From a virus (Duplodnaviria; Caudoviricetes), in IMG/VR virus record IMGVR_UViG_3300049140_000034, positions 1-36,015 of that record: a DNA stretch of 36,015 nt; one strand, given 5' to 3'. The first letter of the stretch is position 1. Every line of letters begins with the position of its first letter. Made by a program: the position numbers and the translations under genes. Below the pieces are notes generated by a model that saw only the letters and a program-made list of their open reading frames with translations, searched no databases and was not told the DNA's origin. Positions 7,937-16,758 of the stretch are shown piece after piece.

Positions 7937-8182
7937 TCAGGCGTGGTCCTCGTAGATCGCGCCGGTCAGGATGTCCTCCGCCATGGACTTGATGACGTCT
8001 CGGCGGGTGAGAGATCCATCCGTGGCGGGCGCGGGGTAGTCGGCGGGAAGGTCGCGTTCGACGGCGTCGACGACGTCGTCGACCTTGAAGGTGATGCCGG
8101 TGTGCGCCGAGAGACCGGCGATCTGTTCCACCGCCGCTTCGGTGCGGGAGATCAGATCCGCCGCAAGCATCTGAAGGTCCAT
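7937..8182 (-). CDS. Hypothetical protein
   Basis: GAGGAG RBS, high GC3, operon position. Confidence 0.75.
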   Translation of the reverse strand: MDLQMLAADLISRTEAAVEQIAGLSAHTGITFKVDDVVDAVERDLPADYPAPATDGSLTRRDVIKSMAEDILTGAIYEDHA

Positions 8183-8185
8183 GGG

Positions 8186-8404
8186 TCAGTTCTCCTCGAT
8201 GTTGTCGGTCACAGGGGTCCCGCCGGGACTCCTGTCGTCTCCGTCCGTCGTGCGGGCGGAAGCCTGGTTGCGGAGGCGGGCGGCGTGCCGGAGGGCCAGG
8301 CCGCGCTTCCGGTTCGCGGCGAGGGCTGCGCGGCGCTGCTTGGCGGCCTCGGCGCGGGCGCGGGCGGCGGCGATCTTCTCGGCCACGATGTCGTCGACGT
8401 TCAC
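8186..8404 (-). CDS. Hypothetical basic helical protein
   Basis: GAGGAG RBS before GTG; operon position. Confidence 0.7.
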   Translation of the reverse strand: MNVDDIVAEKIAAARARAEAAKQRRAALAANRKRGLALRHAARLRNQASARTTDGDDRSPGGTPVTDNIEEN

Positions 8405-8413
8405 GTGCGCTCC

Positions 8414-11086
8414 TCAGCTCGCTTCGGCCCAGAAGTCGTCGGGCTCTTCGAGCGGCACGTCCCACAGCCCCGCGTCTTCGGGCGCTGGAGGCGGCGTGGG
8501 CTGGGGCGTTGCTTGGCCCGAAGTGTGGGTAGCGCGCGTACCGGAACCCTCTGACGAGCGCTTCCCAAGATCGTTAAGGTCTCTTTCTTGGGGGGTTGGG
8601 GTTGGGTAACCAACACTTCGTGCCAAGGGAGAGCCCTCAGAATCGCTCGCTTGTTCGGTAGCGGTCTGCGCGGCCAGCACACGCGTCACCAGAGCCCGCT
8701 CCTCGCCCAACTGCCACGGGTTCGACGACGGGAACCCGGACTCCTCGGTGTCCTCGTCCTTCTCGTGGCGCGGACATGTCGTCAGCTCCAGCACCTCCAT
8801 GTCCTCCAGCGCCCGCCGGGCGACATGCCGGTTGAGGCCCGTCCGACGCCGGACTTCTGAGACCGTCATGGCCTCGCCACCCGCGAGCTGCCGGAGACAG
8901 GCGAGACGGGCCTGCGGCACCGTGTCGAGGGCGCACTTACCAGCGAGCGCCAGGGCCCGGCCGCGGGGCACACCGAGGGCAAGGAGTGACTTGGCGAGCG
9001 CGACGATCTGCCCTGTGACACGGGCAGGCTCCTCGATGACGGGGATTCCGTCGATCTCCCGGCGGCCGTAGGCGTTACGGGGAACGGCGGCGCGGCCGAG
9101 GCAGGTGAGCATGGCCGCGTCCTCCAGCTGGTCGTACATCTCGTCGTCCAGCTCGACGTCACCGACGACTCGCCGGGCGACACGCACGAGCTCGGACGCG
9201 CGACGTCGGGCCTCGGCCTGCTTCTCGGCGAGCCCTTCGATCTTCCGGCGCTTCCGGACGGTCGCCTTCTTGTGGGCGTTGTCGGTCTCGGGCAGGCGGC
9301 AGTACAACCACCGGGGACCGAGCGCGTCGGTGTGCGAGGAGAAGTTGTCGATGGCTGGGGTGACTGCAGCGAGCAGAGTGAGGCGTCCTGTCCAGGTCAG
9401 TGGACGTGGGGAGTTGCCGACCTCGCGGACGACGTGGCCGTCGTAGGCGCGGCGCAGGAGGGCGAACAGAGTGTCGCGGCCGCCGCGGTCGGACGTGGCG
9501 AGGACGGTGGAGAAGTCGGAGATGGTGACGAACGCGCGGCTGGGAATGCGGGTCAGGATGCCTGCGGGCTTGGGGTTCTTGCCCGGCATCCACGACAGGA
9601 GTGCAGGCCCGGTGATGTCGTCGACGTGCTCGTCGGCGGAGTCGTCGAGGGCCTTGACGGCCTCGCTCTTGCCGCCGGAGGGCGGGCCGACGAGCATGCC
9701 CCAGAGCGGTTCGCCGTCGAGGTCGGAGGACACGGCGACTGCGAGGGAGAAGATGATGTGTCCGTAGTCGTCGAGGTGGATGTAGGTCTGCATCTGTTTG
9801 AGGAAGTCGGCAAGCAGCGCGGCCGGCGACCCGGCGGGCGGTGCATCCGCCTCGTCCTCAGCGGCCTGCTCGGTCTCGTCCTGGGCCTGCTGCTCGTCTT
9901 CGGCGCGGGCCGTGGCCGCGCGGACGTCGTCGAGGACGACGGAGGGTAGGGCCTGAGCGGCAGCGCTCGCGTCGTCGCGGCCGTGGGCGGCGCGGATGAT
10001 GTCGCGTGAGGCTTCGGACTCGTCGCCTCCGTGGTGCAGTGCGGCGAACAACTGGCCGGAGGAGAGGACGTGGCCGATCGCGGCGGCTGTGATGCCGGGG
10101 AAGTTGTCGGTACGGATCGTGACGGCGGCACCGTCCTTGTGGACCGCGATGCCGTCCTTGGAGCAGGTGTCGTCCCAGCCGGGGCGATTCCACCGCTGGC
10201 ACCCCGAGCCGCAGTACGAGCAGTTGCCCGGGAGCTGCTCGGCGTAGGTCGCGCCGACATGCATGAGGATCTCGCCGCAGCACGCGTGATCACCGAGGAC
10301 CTCCATCGGCCCCCGGCCGCCGCGCGCCGAGCCGGGACGTGACGAATTGCTGCGCGGCGCCGATGGCTTCGGGGCCGAGCGCTTCTTCGGCTTCGGCTTC
10401 AGGTCGGCAGCCATCTGCCGGATGTCGTCTGCGCGGAAGCGAACACCGGTGTCCTCGATGACCCGGCACAGAGTCGGCGTCCGTCCCGGCTTGCGGTTGA
10501 CGGTGCCGGGCAGCCGCAGCACCCGCGCCAGATCCCTGACGCCGGTGCCGTAGCCGAAGCCCATCGTCTTCGCGCCGGCCAGGAGAATGTTTTGCCAGTC
10601 CCCGCCAAGCTCGGCGGCCGCCTCGAAGTCGATGTCCTCACCGATGACGAGCGGCTTCTCGAACTCCCACCAGACGTAGAGGCCTGCGCCGGAGTGCTCG
10701 ACGCGCGTGGGCTCGGGGAGCTTCGCGAAGCGCGGGATGTCGCGCGCCTCGTCCGCGTTGCCGGGCAGATCGGTCGCCTTGTGGAGGTCGTTGCCGAAGT
10801 CGATGTCGGACCACATGCCGACGAGGGCGCGAGAGTCGCGCGCGCTGCCTCGGGTCCCGGCGGGGAACCGCGACGTGACGGTGGTGACGCGGCAGTAGAT
10901 GCCCTCCGCCCCCGTGCGGTCCTCCTCCATGGCCCAGGCGACGGCGCGGTCCAGGTCGTCGGTCTGGATGCCAGTCCAGTTGTTCTTGGAGCAGAGCGAG
11001 ACGAGGCCCGGCGCCTCGAAGCGGGGGGCGAGCCAGGCCCGGGTGATCTCCGGGTCTGCGGCCAGCGGCTCGGTGTTGGTGTTCAC
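8414..11086 (-). CDS. Primase-helicase replication protein (RepB-type AEP primase, Zn region, AAA+ ATPase, wHTH)
   Basis: WSDID, HSGAGLYVWW and DLARVLRLPGT.N.K primase motifs; CxxC cluster; Walker A GPPSGGKS; C-terminal HTH; start placed at GTG 11086 (track start 11197). Confidence 0.85.
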   Translation of the reverse strand: MNTNTEPLAADPEITRAWLAPRFEAPGLVSLCSKNNWTGIQTDDLDRAVAWAMEEDRTGAEGIYCRVTTVTSRFPAGTRGSARDSRALVGMWSDIDFGNDLHKATDLPGNADEARDIPRFAKLPEPTRVEHSGAGLYVWWEFEKPLVIGEDIDFEAAAELGGDWQNILLAGAKTMGFGYGTGVRDLARVLRLPGTVNRKPGRTPTLCRVIEDTGVRFRADDIRQMAADLKPKPKKRSAPKPSAPRSNSSRPGSARGGRGPMEVLGDHACCGEILMHVGATYAEQLPGNCSYCGSGCQRWNRPGWDDTCSKDGIAVHKDGAAVTIRTDNFPGITAAAIGHVLSSGQLFAALHHGGDESEASRDIIRAAHGRDDASAAAQALPSVVLDDVRAATARAEDEQQAQDETEQAAEDEADAPPAGSPAALLADFLKQMQTYIHLDDYGHIIFSLAVAVSSDLDGEPLWGMLVGPPSGGKSEAVKALDDSADEHVDDITGPALLSWMPGKNPKPAGILTRIPSRAFVTISDFSTVLATSDRGGRDTLFALLRRAYDGHVVREVGNSPRPLTWTGRLTLLAAVTPAIDNFSSHTDALGPRWLYCRLPETDNAHKKATVRKRRKIEGLAEKQAEARRRASELVRVARRVVGDVELDDEMYDQLEDAAMLTCLGRAAVPRNAYGRREIDGIPVIEEPARVTGQIVALAKSLLALGVPRGRALALAGKCALDTVPQARLACLRQLAGGEAMTVSEVRRRTGLNRHVARRALEDMEVLELTTCPRHEKDEDTEESGFPSSNPWQLGEERALVTRVLAAQTATEQASDSEGSPLARSVGYPTPTPQERDLNDLGKRSSEGSGTRATHTSGQATPQPTPPPAPEDAGLWDVPLEEPDDFWAEAS

Positions 11087-11165
11087 GAACGTGTCTCTCG
11101 TTTCCCGTGATGCCGATGGTGTTCGTGATGGCGCGGCGCTACCCCCTGGCGGCGCCGCGCTCGCG

Positions 11166-11591
11166 TCACCGGGCGGGCTGGAGCTTGGCCTTGTCACGGG
11201 CGGCGTTGAGCTGCTGCATGCAGACGGTGTCGCCGCCGCGGTCGGGGTGGAGGACGGGGACGAGCGCCTTGTACGCCTTGTCGGCGAGGTCCTTGCCGAG
11301 GGCCTTGTACATGGAGTCGGCCCACGTGTCCGTGGTGCGCTCGGCGCGCGGGGGCGGAGCGTTGTATTCGTAGCTCGACCCGGCCGGTCGTGTGGTGCGC
11401 ACGGTGAATCCGGCGGCGGACAAGGCGGAGACGAGGGTGTCGACGGCGTACAGCTCGACGACCCAGCACTTCTCTGCCTTGTCCCAGTGGCGCCAGGTGC
11501 GGGGCAAGTCCTTGATGTAGTCCTTGGCCTCGAACGGGCTGTGGACCTTGGCGTCGAACCGGCCGACCTGAATGTGGACGGTGCCCTTCAC
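11166..11591 (-). CDS. Protein with C-terminal minimal J-domain (HPD motif), 141 aa
   Basis: GTGA-coupled start; YKALVPVLHPDRGGDTVCMQQLNAARD. Confidence 0.75.
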   Translation of the reverse strand: MKGTVHIQVGRFDAKVHSPFEAKDYIKDLPRTWRHWDKAEKCWVVELYAVDTLVSALSAAGFTVRTTRPAGSSYEYNAPPPRAERTTDTWADSMYKALGKDLADKAYKALVPVLHPDRGGDTVCMQQLNAARDKAKLQPAR

Positions 11592-11827
11592 GCCGCCTCC
11601 CGGGCCCGGGCGCCGTGGAACGCGGTCCTGATCACGGCCCGCTGCTCGGCCGTGAGGGGCGGCGCCTCCGCCACAATCGCGTCGATCCGGGCCCAGTAGG
11701 CGGCGTTCCGCTTGGGGTCGGGGTCGCGGATGGGCCGGTTGGCGCGTCGGGCTTGTTCGGCTTCGCTGAGGGCCGGGCGGCCGCAGGCTCCCCCTGCGGC
11801 CGCCACGGTGTTGGGCGGGGCGGTCAT
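11588..11827 (-). CDS. Hypothetical protein (79 aa)
   Basis: ATGA overlap; C-terminal IVAEAPPLTAEQRAVI segment typical of actinophage early genes. Confidence 0.7.
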   Translation of the reverse strand: MTAPPNTVAAAGGACGRPALSEAEQARRANRPIRDPDPKRNAAYWARIDAIVAEAPPLTAEQRAVIRTAFHGARAREAA

Positions 11828-12435
11828 GCGGTGGCCTTGGCGACGGCCGTTTCGACCTGGTCGGCGAGGGCGTCCACCTCGTCGGCGAACCGCCGCATCT
11901 CCTGCGCCTTCGCACGCGCCTGGCTCGGGGTGAGGTCGAAGCCCATGAACCCGATGTACGGGGTCCCGGCGGAGACGTGGGTGAACGCGGCCCAGATCTC
12001 CGGGTCTCCGGCTCCCGGGATTTCCAGGCCGGGGACGAAGTGCATGTCGCCGCCGTGGTCGTAGTGCCGGCCGTTGGCGTCTACGGAGTCTCCGGCATCG
12101 CCGTCCAGGGTGGTGCACAAGCCCGGGTAGACGTGGCACGGCCTGTTCTTGGCGCGTTCGCGGGAGATGACGTTCAGCACCTCTTCGAAGGTGGCCGTCG
12201 GGTCCGGCGAGGTGGCGACGAGGCGGGTGACCTCGTCCATGAACCGCTTCATGGCGGGCGTGTAGGTGCCGCGGGCCTGGGCGAGGCGGCGGATCTCGTC
12301 CCACTGGACGAGCAGGTTGTAGGCGGCGGCGATGCGGTCGTCGTCGTGGTCGCGGGCGTCGCCGTCGGTGGCGTGCTGGTCGGTCGGTGTCGACGGCTCT
12401 GTTGCCGTCGCCTGGGTGCGTGCGATAGTTGCCAT
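11824..12435 (-). CDS. Hypothetical protein with DUF6907-like C-terminus
   Basis: C...C...H.DH motif plus C-terminal helix; follows the Cro-like gene. Confidence 0.7.
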   Translation of the reverse strand: MATIARTQATATEPSTPTDQHATDGDARDHDDDRIAAAYNLLVQWDEIRRLAQARGTYTPAMKRFMDEVTRLVATSPDPTATFEEVLNVISRERAKNRPCHVYPGLCTTLDGDAGDSVDANGRHYDHGGDMHFVPGLEIPGAGDPEIWAAFTHVSAGTPYIGFMGFDLTPSQARAKAQEMRRFADEVDALADQVETAVAKATA

Positions 12436-12451
12436 GAGCTGTCCCGTTCTC

Positions 12452-12757
12452 TTACTTCGCGGTAGGGATGGATTGCTCGTTCGGAGCCGCCGGCTGGTAC
12501 CCGGCGGCTTCGCTGTTTCCGGCGGACGCCCCGGTCTGGTACACCGGGGCGGCGCCGTCCTCTTCGGCTATGACCTCATCGATCTGGCAGCCGAGTGCGT
12601 CGGTGATCTTCTTGAGCGTTTCGGGCCGTGGGTTGCGTTGCCCGTTCTCGATGCGGCTGAGCGCGGCTGCGCTGATGCCGACGAGGGCGGCGAAGCGGTT
12701 CATACCGTGACCCAGCCTGACCCTCTTGCGCCGGATCAAGCGTCCGTCCGTCTTCAT
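12452..12757 (-). CDS. Cro-like XRE HTH regulator
   Basis: MNRFAALVGISAAALSRIENGQRNP HTH_3 motif; divergent from repressor. Confidence 0.9.
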   Translation of the reverse strand: MKTDGRLIRRKRVRLGHGMNRFAALVGISAAALSRIENGQRNPRPETLKKITDALGCQIDEVIAEEDGAAPVYQTGASAGNSEAAGYQPAAPNEQSIPTAK

Positions 12758-12771
12758 GACGCCAAGCTAGT

Positions 12772-12927
12772 CAACGAGTGACAACGAATCAAGCAAAATG
12801 AACAACGAGCGACGGGTGTGACGGTTTCGTGACATTCGTTGGCGTGGTAGTGCCACTCGTTGGCTTTGGCTTGTTGCTCGCTGGGGACGCCGGTCGTACT
12901 GTTGAATGGAGCCGTTGCCAATCGTTG
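12772..12927. promoter_or_regulatory. Immunity operator region
   Basis: CAACGA at 12772, 12782 and 12803; reverse TCGTTG at 12836, 12857 and 12922; AT-rich divergent spacer. Confidence 0.65.
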
Positions 12928-12941
12928 ACAGGAGATCTCTG

Positions 12942-13772
12942 ATGTCTTTGCCTCGTACCCCAGAAGCGTGGGTGCGTCTGGGCTCCCGTATCCGGGCTGA
13001 GCGAGAGCGGCAGGGCATGGCCAGGAGGGACCTGGCCGAGCGGGCTGGCGTCTCTCCCGGCAGCGTTCAGTCGGCCGAGAAGGGCGTGGTACCGAGGGGG
13101 CGGTGGCCGCAGACTCTCAGTGCCATCGAAAGGGCGCTGGGCTGGGGGGCAGGCAGCATGCTCACTGTCCTTGAGGGTGGCGACGTGGAGTATCACCCCA
13201 CACTCTTCGACAATTCGAGTACACCGGCCGGAGGTGCCGACCACAGTGTCGATGCGGTAACCACGTTCCCTGATGGTGGAGAATCCTCCGAAGGGGGGGC
13301 GGAGCTACGCGGGAAATCCGAGAAGTCGAGCATGTCGACTACAGAGAATTTTACGTTCGACTATTTCGCCGATCGGTACGAAGTCAAGCTGGATTTGTTG
13401 CCGTCGGATATCGCTGCGATGGTGCCGATGGTGACTCAGTTCAGCACTCGCTGCCTTCAGTCGGGTGCATCGACGCGGCTGGTCACATCGTTCGATGGCA
13501 TGGCGGCGATCATGTTGGCCGAGGTGGGGAAGGCTCAACAGGAGAGGATGCGCAAGGAGGCGGAGCAGACACCTGAGCAGTTGATGGCGGCTCTCGAAGA
13601 GCGTCAAAAAAACATTCGCAAGGAAGCTGTCGAAGTTAGGGAAATGCTGCGGAAAAACCTTGCAGCGTTGAAGGCTGCTCCGCCGGACAAGAAGGGGAGA
13701 GATCTGGACATTCGGACTGCGGAACGAGGAATTGCGGAGATGGATGCTATCCTGCGCGAATTTTCGGAGTGA
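12942..13772 (+). CDS. XRE-family immunity repressor with long C-terminal domain
   Basis: LGSRIRAERERQGMARRDLAERAGVSPGSVQSAEKG HTH; AGGAG RBS before ATG 12942 (track start 12906). Confidence 0.85.
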   Translation: MSLPRTPEAWVRLGSRIRAERERQGMARRDLAERAGVSPGSVQSAEKGVVPRGRWPQTLSAIERALGWGAGSMLTVLEGGDVEYHPTLFDNSSTPAGGADHSVDAVTTFPDGGESSEGGAELRGKSEKSSMSTTENFTFDYFADRYEVKLDLLPSDIAAMVPMVTQFSTRCLQSGASTRLVTSFDGMAAIMLAEVGKAQQERMRKEAEQTPEQLMAALEERQKNIRKEAVEVREMLRKNLAALKAAPPDKKGRDLDIRTAERGIAEMDAILREFSE

Positions 13773-13776
13773 ATAT

Positions 13777-15258
13777 CTATCGCTTCCAGTCGAAGGTGAC
13801 GGCGTCGTAGTCGAAGTACCCACCGTCCGGCATCCGGCCCTGGCGTGGCGTCTTCAGCGTCACCTCGACCAGGCTCCGCAGCACGTTGCGCTGCCGGTCC
13901 AGCTCCAGCGCCCGCCACGCCTTCCGCACATCCGGCGCACCCACTAGGGCGACGAGCGGGTCGACGGTCGCCGCACGCGCCAGCTGCAGCGTGACGCCGG
14001 CGAGCTGCGCGCGGGCCGTGTCCATGCCCTCCGTGAACGGCTCCAGCTCCAGCTGACCCGCACCGAACAGGCCGCCCAGGTTCTTCATCCGCCGGCGGAT
14101 CAGTTCCTCCTCGGCCTGCAGTGCGGCCACGTCTACGTCGTCCGGGCCGGGCAGCAGCATCTCGTGCGCGTCCGGCTCCGACAGCCGGGCGACGATCGTG
14201 TCCTCGACGAACCTGTCGACGATCTCGGCGCGCCGGCCGCCGCCGTGCCCGGTCGGGCACCGGTAGCTCGGGTACTGGCGGCCACCCGACTGGGTGACGG
14301 TCATGCCCTCGCCGCACTCCGCGCGCCCGCACCGGTACAGCAGCGAGCCGACCCACTTCGGCTGGGCCCCCCGGTTCACGTTCCGCGCCGGGTCCATCAG
14401 GATCGCCACGACGGCCCTGTACTTCGTCTCCTCGACGATGGGCTCCCACTTCCCCCGGCCGACCTCCTCGCCCTTGTAGACGGCGATTCCGGCGTTCCTC
14501 GGGCGCATCAGCATGTCCCGCAACTCGGTGTGCGTGACCGGGTTCCCGCGGGTGGTGGTGATGCCCTTGTCGGCGCACCACTTCACCAGGGAGCGGATTG
14601 ATCCGCCGGACAGGATCGTGTCCGTCCAGTGGCGCAGTACCTCCGCCTCCTCGGGCACGACCTGGTTCATGTCGAGGACGTTCGCCTCGATCTCCTCGCC
14701 GGTCTTCCGGTCGGCCTTGGTGCGCGTCTCGCCGGTGGGCACACCCCACCCGAACGGGCGGATTCCGCCGCTCCACTCGCCCGCGAGGGCTCTCTGCTGG
14801 CGGGCGCGGGCGACGCGGTGTCCCTTGTGCTCGGACTCCTGGCGGGCGACGGCGCCGAGGATGCGGGCGGTCATCCGCCCGGACGGTGTGGCGAGGTCGA
14901 TCGTTCCGGCCTGCACGGTGTGTGTGGCGATGCCGCGCCGGTCGGAGAGTTCGATGTACTCCTCCAGCTCGACGATCGAGCGGGTGAGCCGGTCGGTGTG
15001 CCAGACGATGACGACGGTGGCGGTGCCCTGGTCGAGGTCGGCGAGCATTCGCCGGTAGTCCTTGCGGAGCTTGCCGGAGAAGGCGCTCACGTCGTTGTCG
15101 ACGTAGGTCTCGACGACGTTCCAGCCGTTACGTTCCGCGAGGGCCTCGCAGTCCTGGCGCTGCCGGTCGACGCCGAGGCCGGCGCCGGTGCGGTCCTGGC
15201 TGATGCGGCAGTAGATGACGGCGCGGGCGGGTGCGTCGGCCGGTGACGTGGGCTTCAT
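13777..15258 (-). CDS. int: Large serine recombinase (integrase)
   Basis: YCRIS catalytic Ser, DRLTR, recombinase domain, zinc-ribbon Cys and coiled coil. Confidence 0.96.
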   Translation of the reverse strand: MKPTSPADAPARAVIYCRISQDRTGAGLGVDRQRQDCEALAERNGWNVVETYVDNDVSAFSGKLRKDYRRMLADLDQGTATVVIVWHTDRLTRSIVELEEYIELSDRRGIATHTVQAGTIDLATPSGRMTARILGAVARQESEHKGHRVARARQQRALAGEWSGGIRPFGWGVPTGETRTKADRKTGEEIEANVLDMNQVVPEEAEVLRHWTDTILSGGSIRSLVKWCADKGITTTRGNPVTHTELRDMLMRPRNAGIAVYKGEEVGRGKWEPIVEETKYRAVVAILMDPARNVNRGAQPKWVGSLLYRCGRAECGEGMTVTQSGGRQYPSYRCPTGHGGGRRAEIVDRFVEDTIVARLSEPDAHEMLLPGPDDVDVAALQAEEELIRRRMKNLGGLFGAGQLELEPFTEGMDTARAQLAGVTLQLARAATVDPLVALVGAPDVRKAWRALELDRQRNVLRSLVEVTLKTPRQGRMPDGGYFDYDAVTFDWKR

Positions 15259-15277
15259 GTCCCGAGTCTGCCCGAGT

Positions 15278-15331
15278 AGTGGTGTCCTTGTCTGGGGTTC
15301 GGGAACCCCAATCTGTGCCTAGAACGCCACT
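15278..15331. other. Candidate attP (54 bp)
   Basis: Imperfect inverted repeat (17 of 26 positions by my count; outer AGTGGTGT/ACGCCACT) centred on AA at 15304-15305, 19 bp upstream of the integrase start. Confidence 0.7.
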
Positions 15332-15364
15332 GGGTAATAGTCACTAGGGGTTACCGCGCATGGA

Positions 15365-15399
15365 GCGGCCCCGGCCGGATCACGTCCGGTCGGGGCCGC
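15365..15399 (-). terminator. Hairpin ending the leftward accessory operon before attP
   Basis: GCGGCCCCGGCCGGA / TCCGGTCGGGGCCGC stem. Confidence 0.65.
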
Positions 15400-15421
15400 G
15401 GTAACGCTTCAGGTGATCAGG

Positions 15422-15586
15422 TCAGGTTGCTGGCTGTCCGCTGCCGGGGCACATCTCGCGGCTGCCGACCGCCTGGTGAGGCGCGGTGGGCTGGCCGGGT
15501 TCCGCGCTGCCGTAGGCGCCACATACGGGGCACGCGGCCGAGCACCGGCCGGGGTCGAAGCGATGGCTGCTCTGGTGGTCACACAT
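15422..15586 (-). CDS. Small Cys/His zinc-ribbon protein (54 aa)
   Basis: AAGGGAG RBS; CPVCG...H...CPGSG. Confidence 0.6.
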   Translation of the reverse strand: MCDHQSSHRFDPGRCSAACPVCGAYGSAEPGQPTAPHQAVGSREMCPGSGQPAT

Positions 15587-15666
15587 GATCAGTTCTCCCT
15601 TGGTTGTCGGGATGGTGCTGATGTGTGGTGCGCTCCCCGCGTCGCAGCTGCGCGGCTGGGGAGGTC

Positions 15667-16071
15667 TCAGATGCGCCGCACGAACGCGCGCGACCCGTTG
15701 TGGAAGCTGACCGTCAGGCCGACGTGATCGGGTCGGCTGCGGTCCCTGGTGGACCACCGCTCAATGGAAGCGATGGCCGGAAATTCGGCTCGGCCGACGA
15801 CTGCCGCGAGCCACTCCTCGCCGCCGTCCGCCACGGTGGTGTCCGTCCAGGCCGCGGGGGCCCCGTTGACCTCGGCGGTGGGGGTGTCGTGCTTCTCGCT
15901 GTCCGCGAGCTGGCCGGTGACCTGCCACTGCACCTCGTTGGACCCGATGGTCACGGCGAAGCCATACGGGTACTTGTTGACCCCCGCTTCTGCGAGCGTC
16001 TGTACGCGGGCCACGCCCGGCGTGTTCTTGACGCAATCAATGACAAACGGCACAAAGCTATCGGGGCGCAT
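15667..16071 (-). CDS. Hypothetical protein (134 aa)
   Basis: GGAGAGG RBS before ATG 16071; globular-looking sequence. Confidence 0.75.
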   Translation of the reverse strand: MRPDSFVPFVIDCVKNTPGVARVQTLAEAGVNKYPYGFAVTIGSNEVQWQVTGQLADSEKHDTPTAEVNGAPAAWTDTTVADGGEEWLAAVVGRAEFPAIASIERWSTRDRSRPDHVGLTVSFHNGSRAFVRRI

Positions 16072-16220
16072 CGTGGTCCTCTCCGGGCGAAGCGGCCAGT
16101 CTAGGCACTGGCGTGGCGACGGATTCAAGGTTCTGGCGGCCCCGGCCGGGATACGCGTACCGACCGGGGCCTGGTCCCGCCCGCCCCCAGGAACTCACGG
16201 GGTGCAGGGACGGGCGGGGG

Positions 16221-16370
16221 TCAGTGCCGTCCAGCCGGCGCAGTCTGGCGGGGCTTCGGCCTGCACCAGCGCTTGCATACCTGGACGGTGCTTCCGGAGC
16301 CGGTCGACCCCGGGTTGGTGATGGTGTCGTGGTCGCCCGGGAGGGGCTTGTCGCAGCGTGCGCAGAACAT
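16221..16370 (-). CDS. Small zinc-finger protein (49 aa)
   Basis: MFCARC...VCKRWC; TGATG overlap; GGAGG RBS. Confidence 0.65.
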   Translation of the reverse strand: MFCARCDKPLPGDHDTITNPGSTGSGSTVQVCKRWCRPKPRQTAPAGRH

Positions 16371-16597
16371 CAGGTGCCTCCCTGTGTGTTGGACTCCGGG
16401 TTGCGGTTGCCGGTGCGGGCGCAGGCCGGGCAGGAGTAGACCTCGACGCTGAGATCGTGAGCGCCGCTGCACCCTTGGGCTCGGCCGACGCTGACGGCTC
16501 TGGTCCATATGGCCTTGCCGCAGAAGCAGCACGCCCAGCCGGAGGACTGAGCCCACGTCAGGCCTATGACGGGCGGCGGCTCGGGCAGGTGGCTCAC
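16370..16597 (-). CDS. Small zinc-finger protein (75 aa)
   Basis: WACCFCG...YSCPAC; GTGA overlap. Confidence 0.7.
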   Translation of the reverse strand: MSHLPEPPPVIGLTWAQSSGWACCFCGKAIWTRAVSVGRAQGCSGAHDLSVEVYSCPACARTGNRNPESNTQGGT

Positions 16598-16758
16598 GGC
16601 TGGTCCGCCAGCGGGACGAGGTCGTGCTTCAAGCGGCAGCCCCTGCAGGCGAACAGGCGTCCGGCTTCGCCGGTCTGTACGAGGCGTGCGGTGTCGCTCA
16701 GCCCGAGGTGCCAGCTGCACCACGCGATCAGCCGCGGGGGCTCCGGCTGCTCGGTCAT
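16594..16758 (-). CDS. Small zinc-finger protein (54 aa)
   Basis: WCSWH...ACRGCR; ATGA overlap. Confidence 0.7.
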   Translation of the reverse strand: MTEQPEPPRLIAWCSWHLGLSDTARLVQTGEAGRLFACRGCRLKHDLVPLADQP

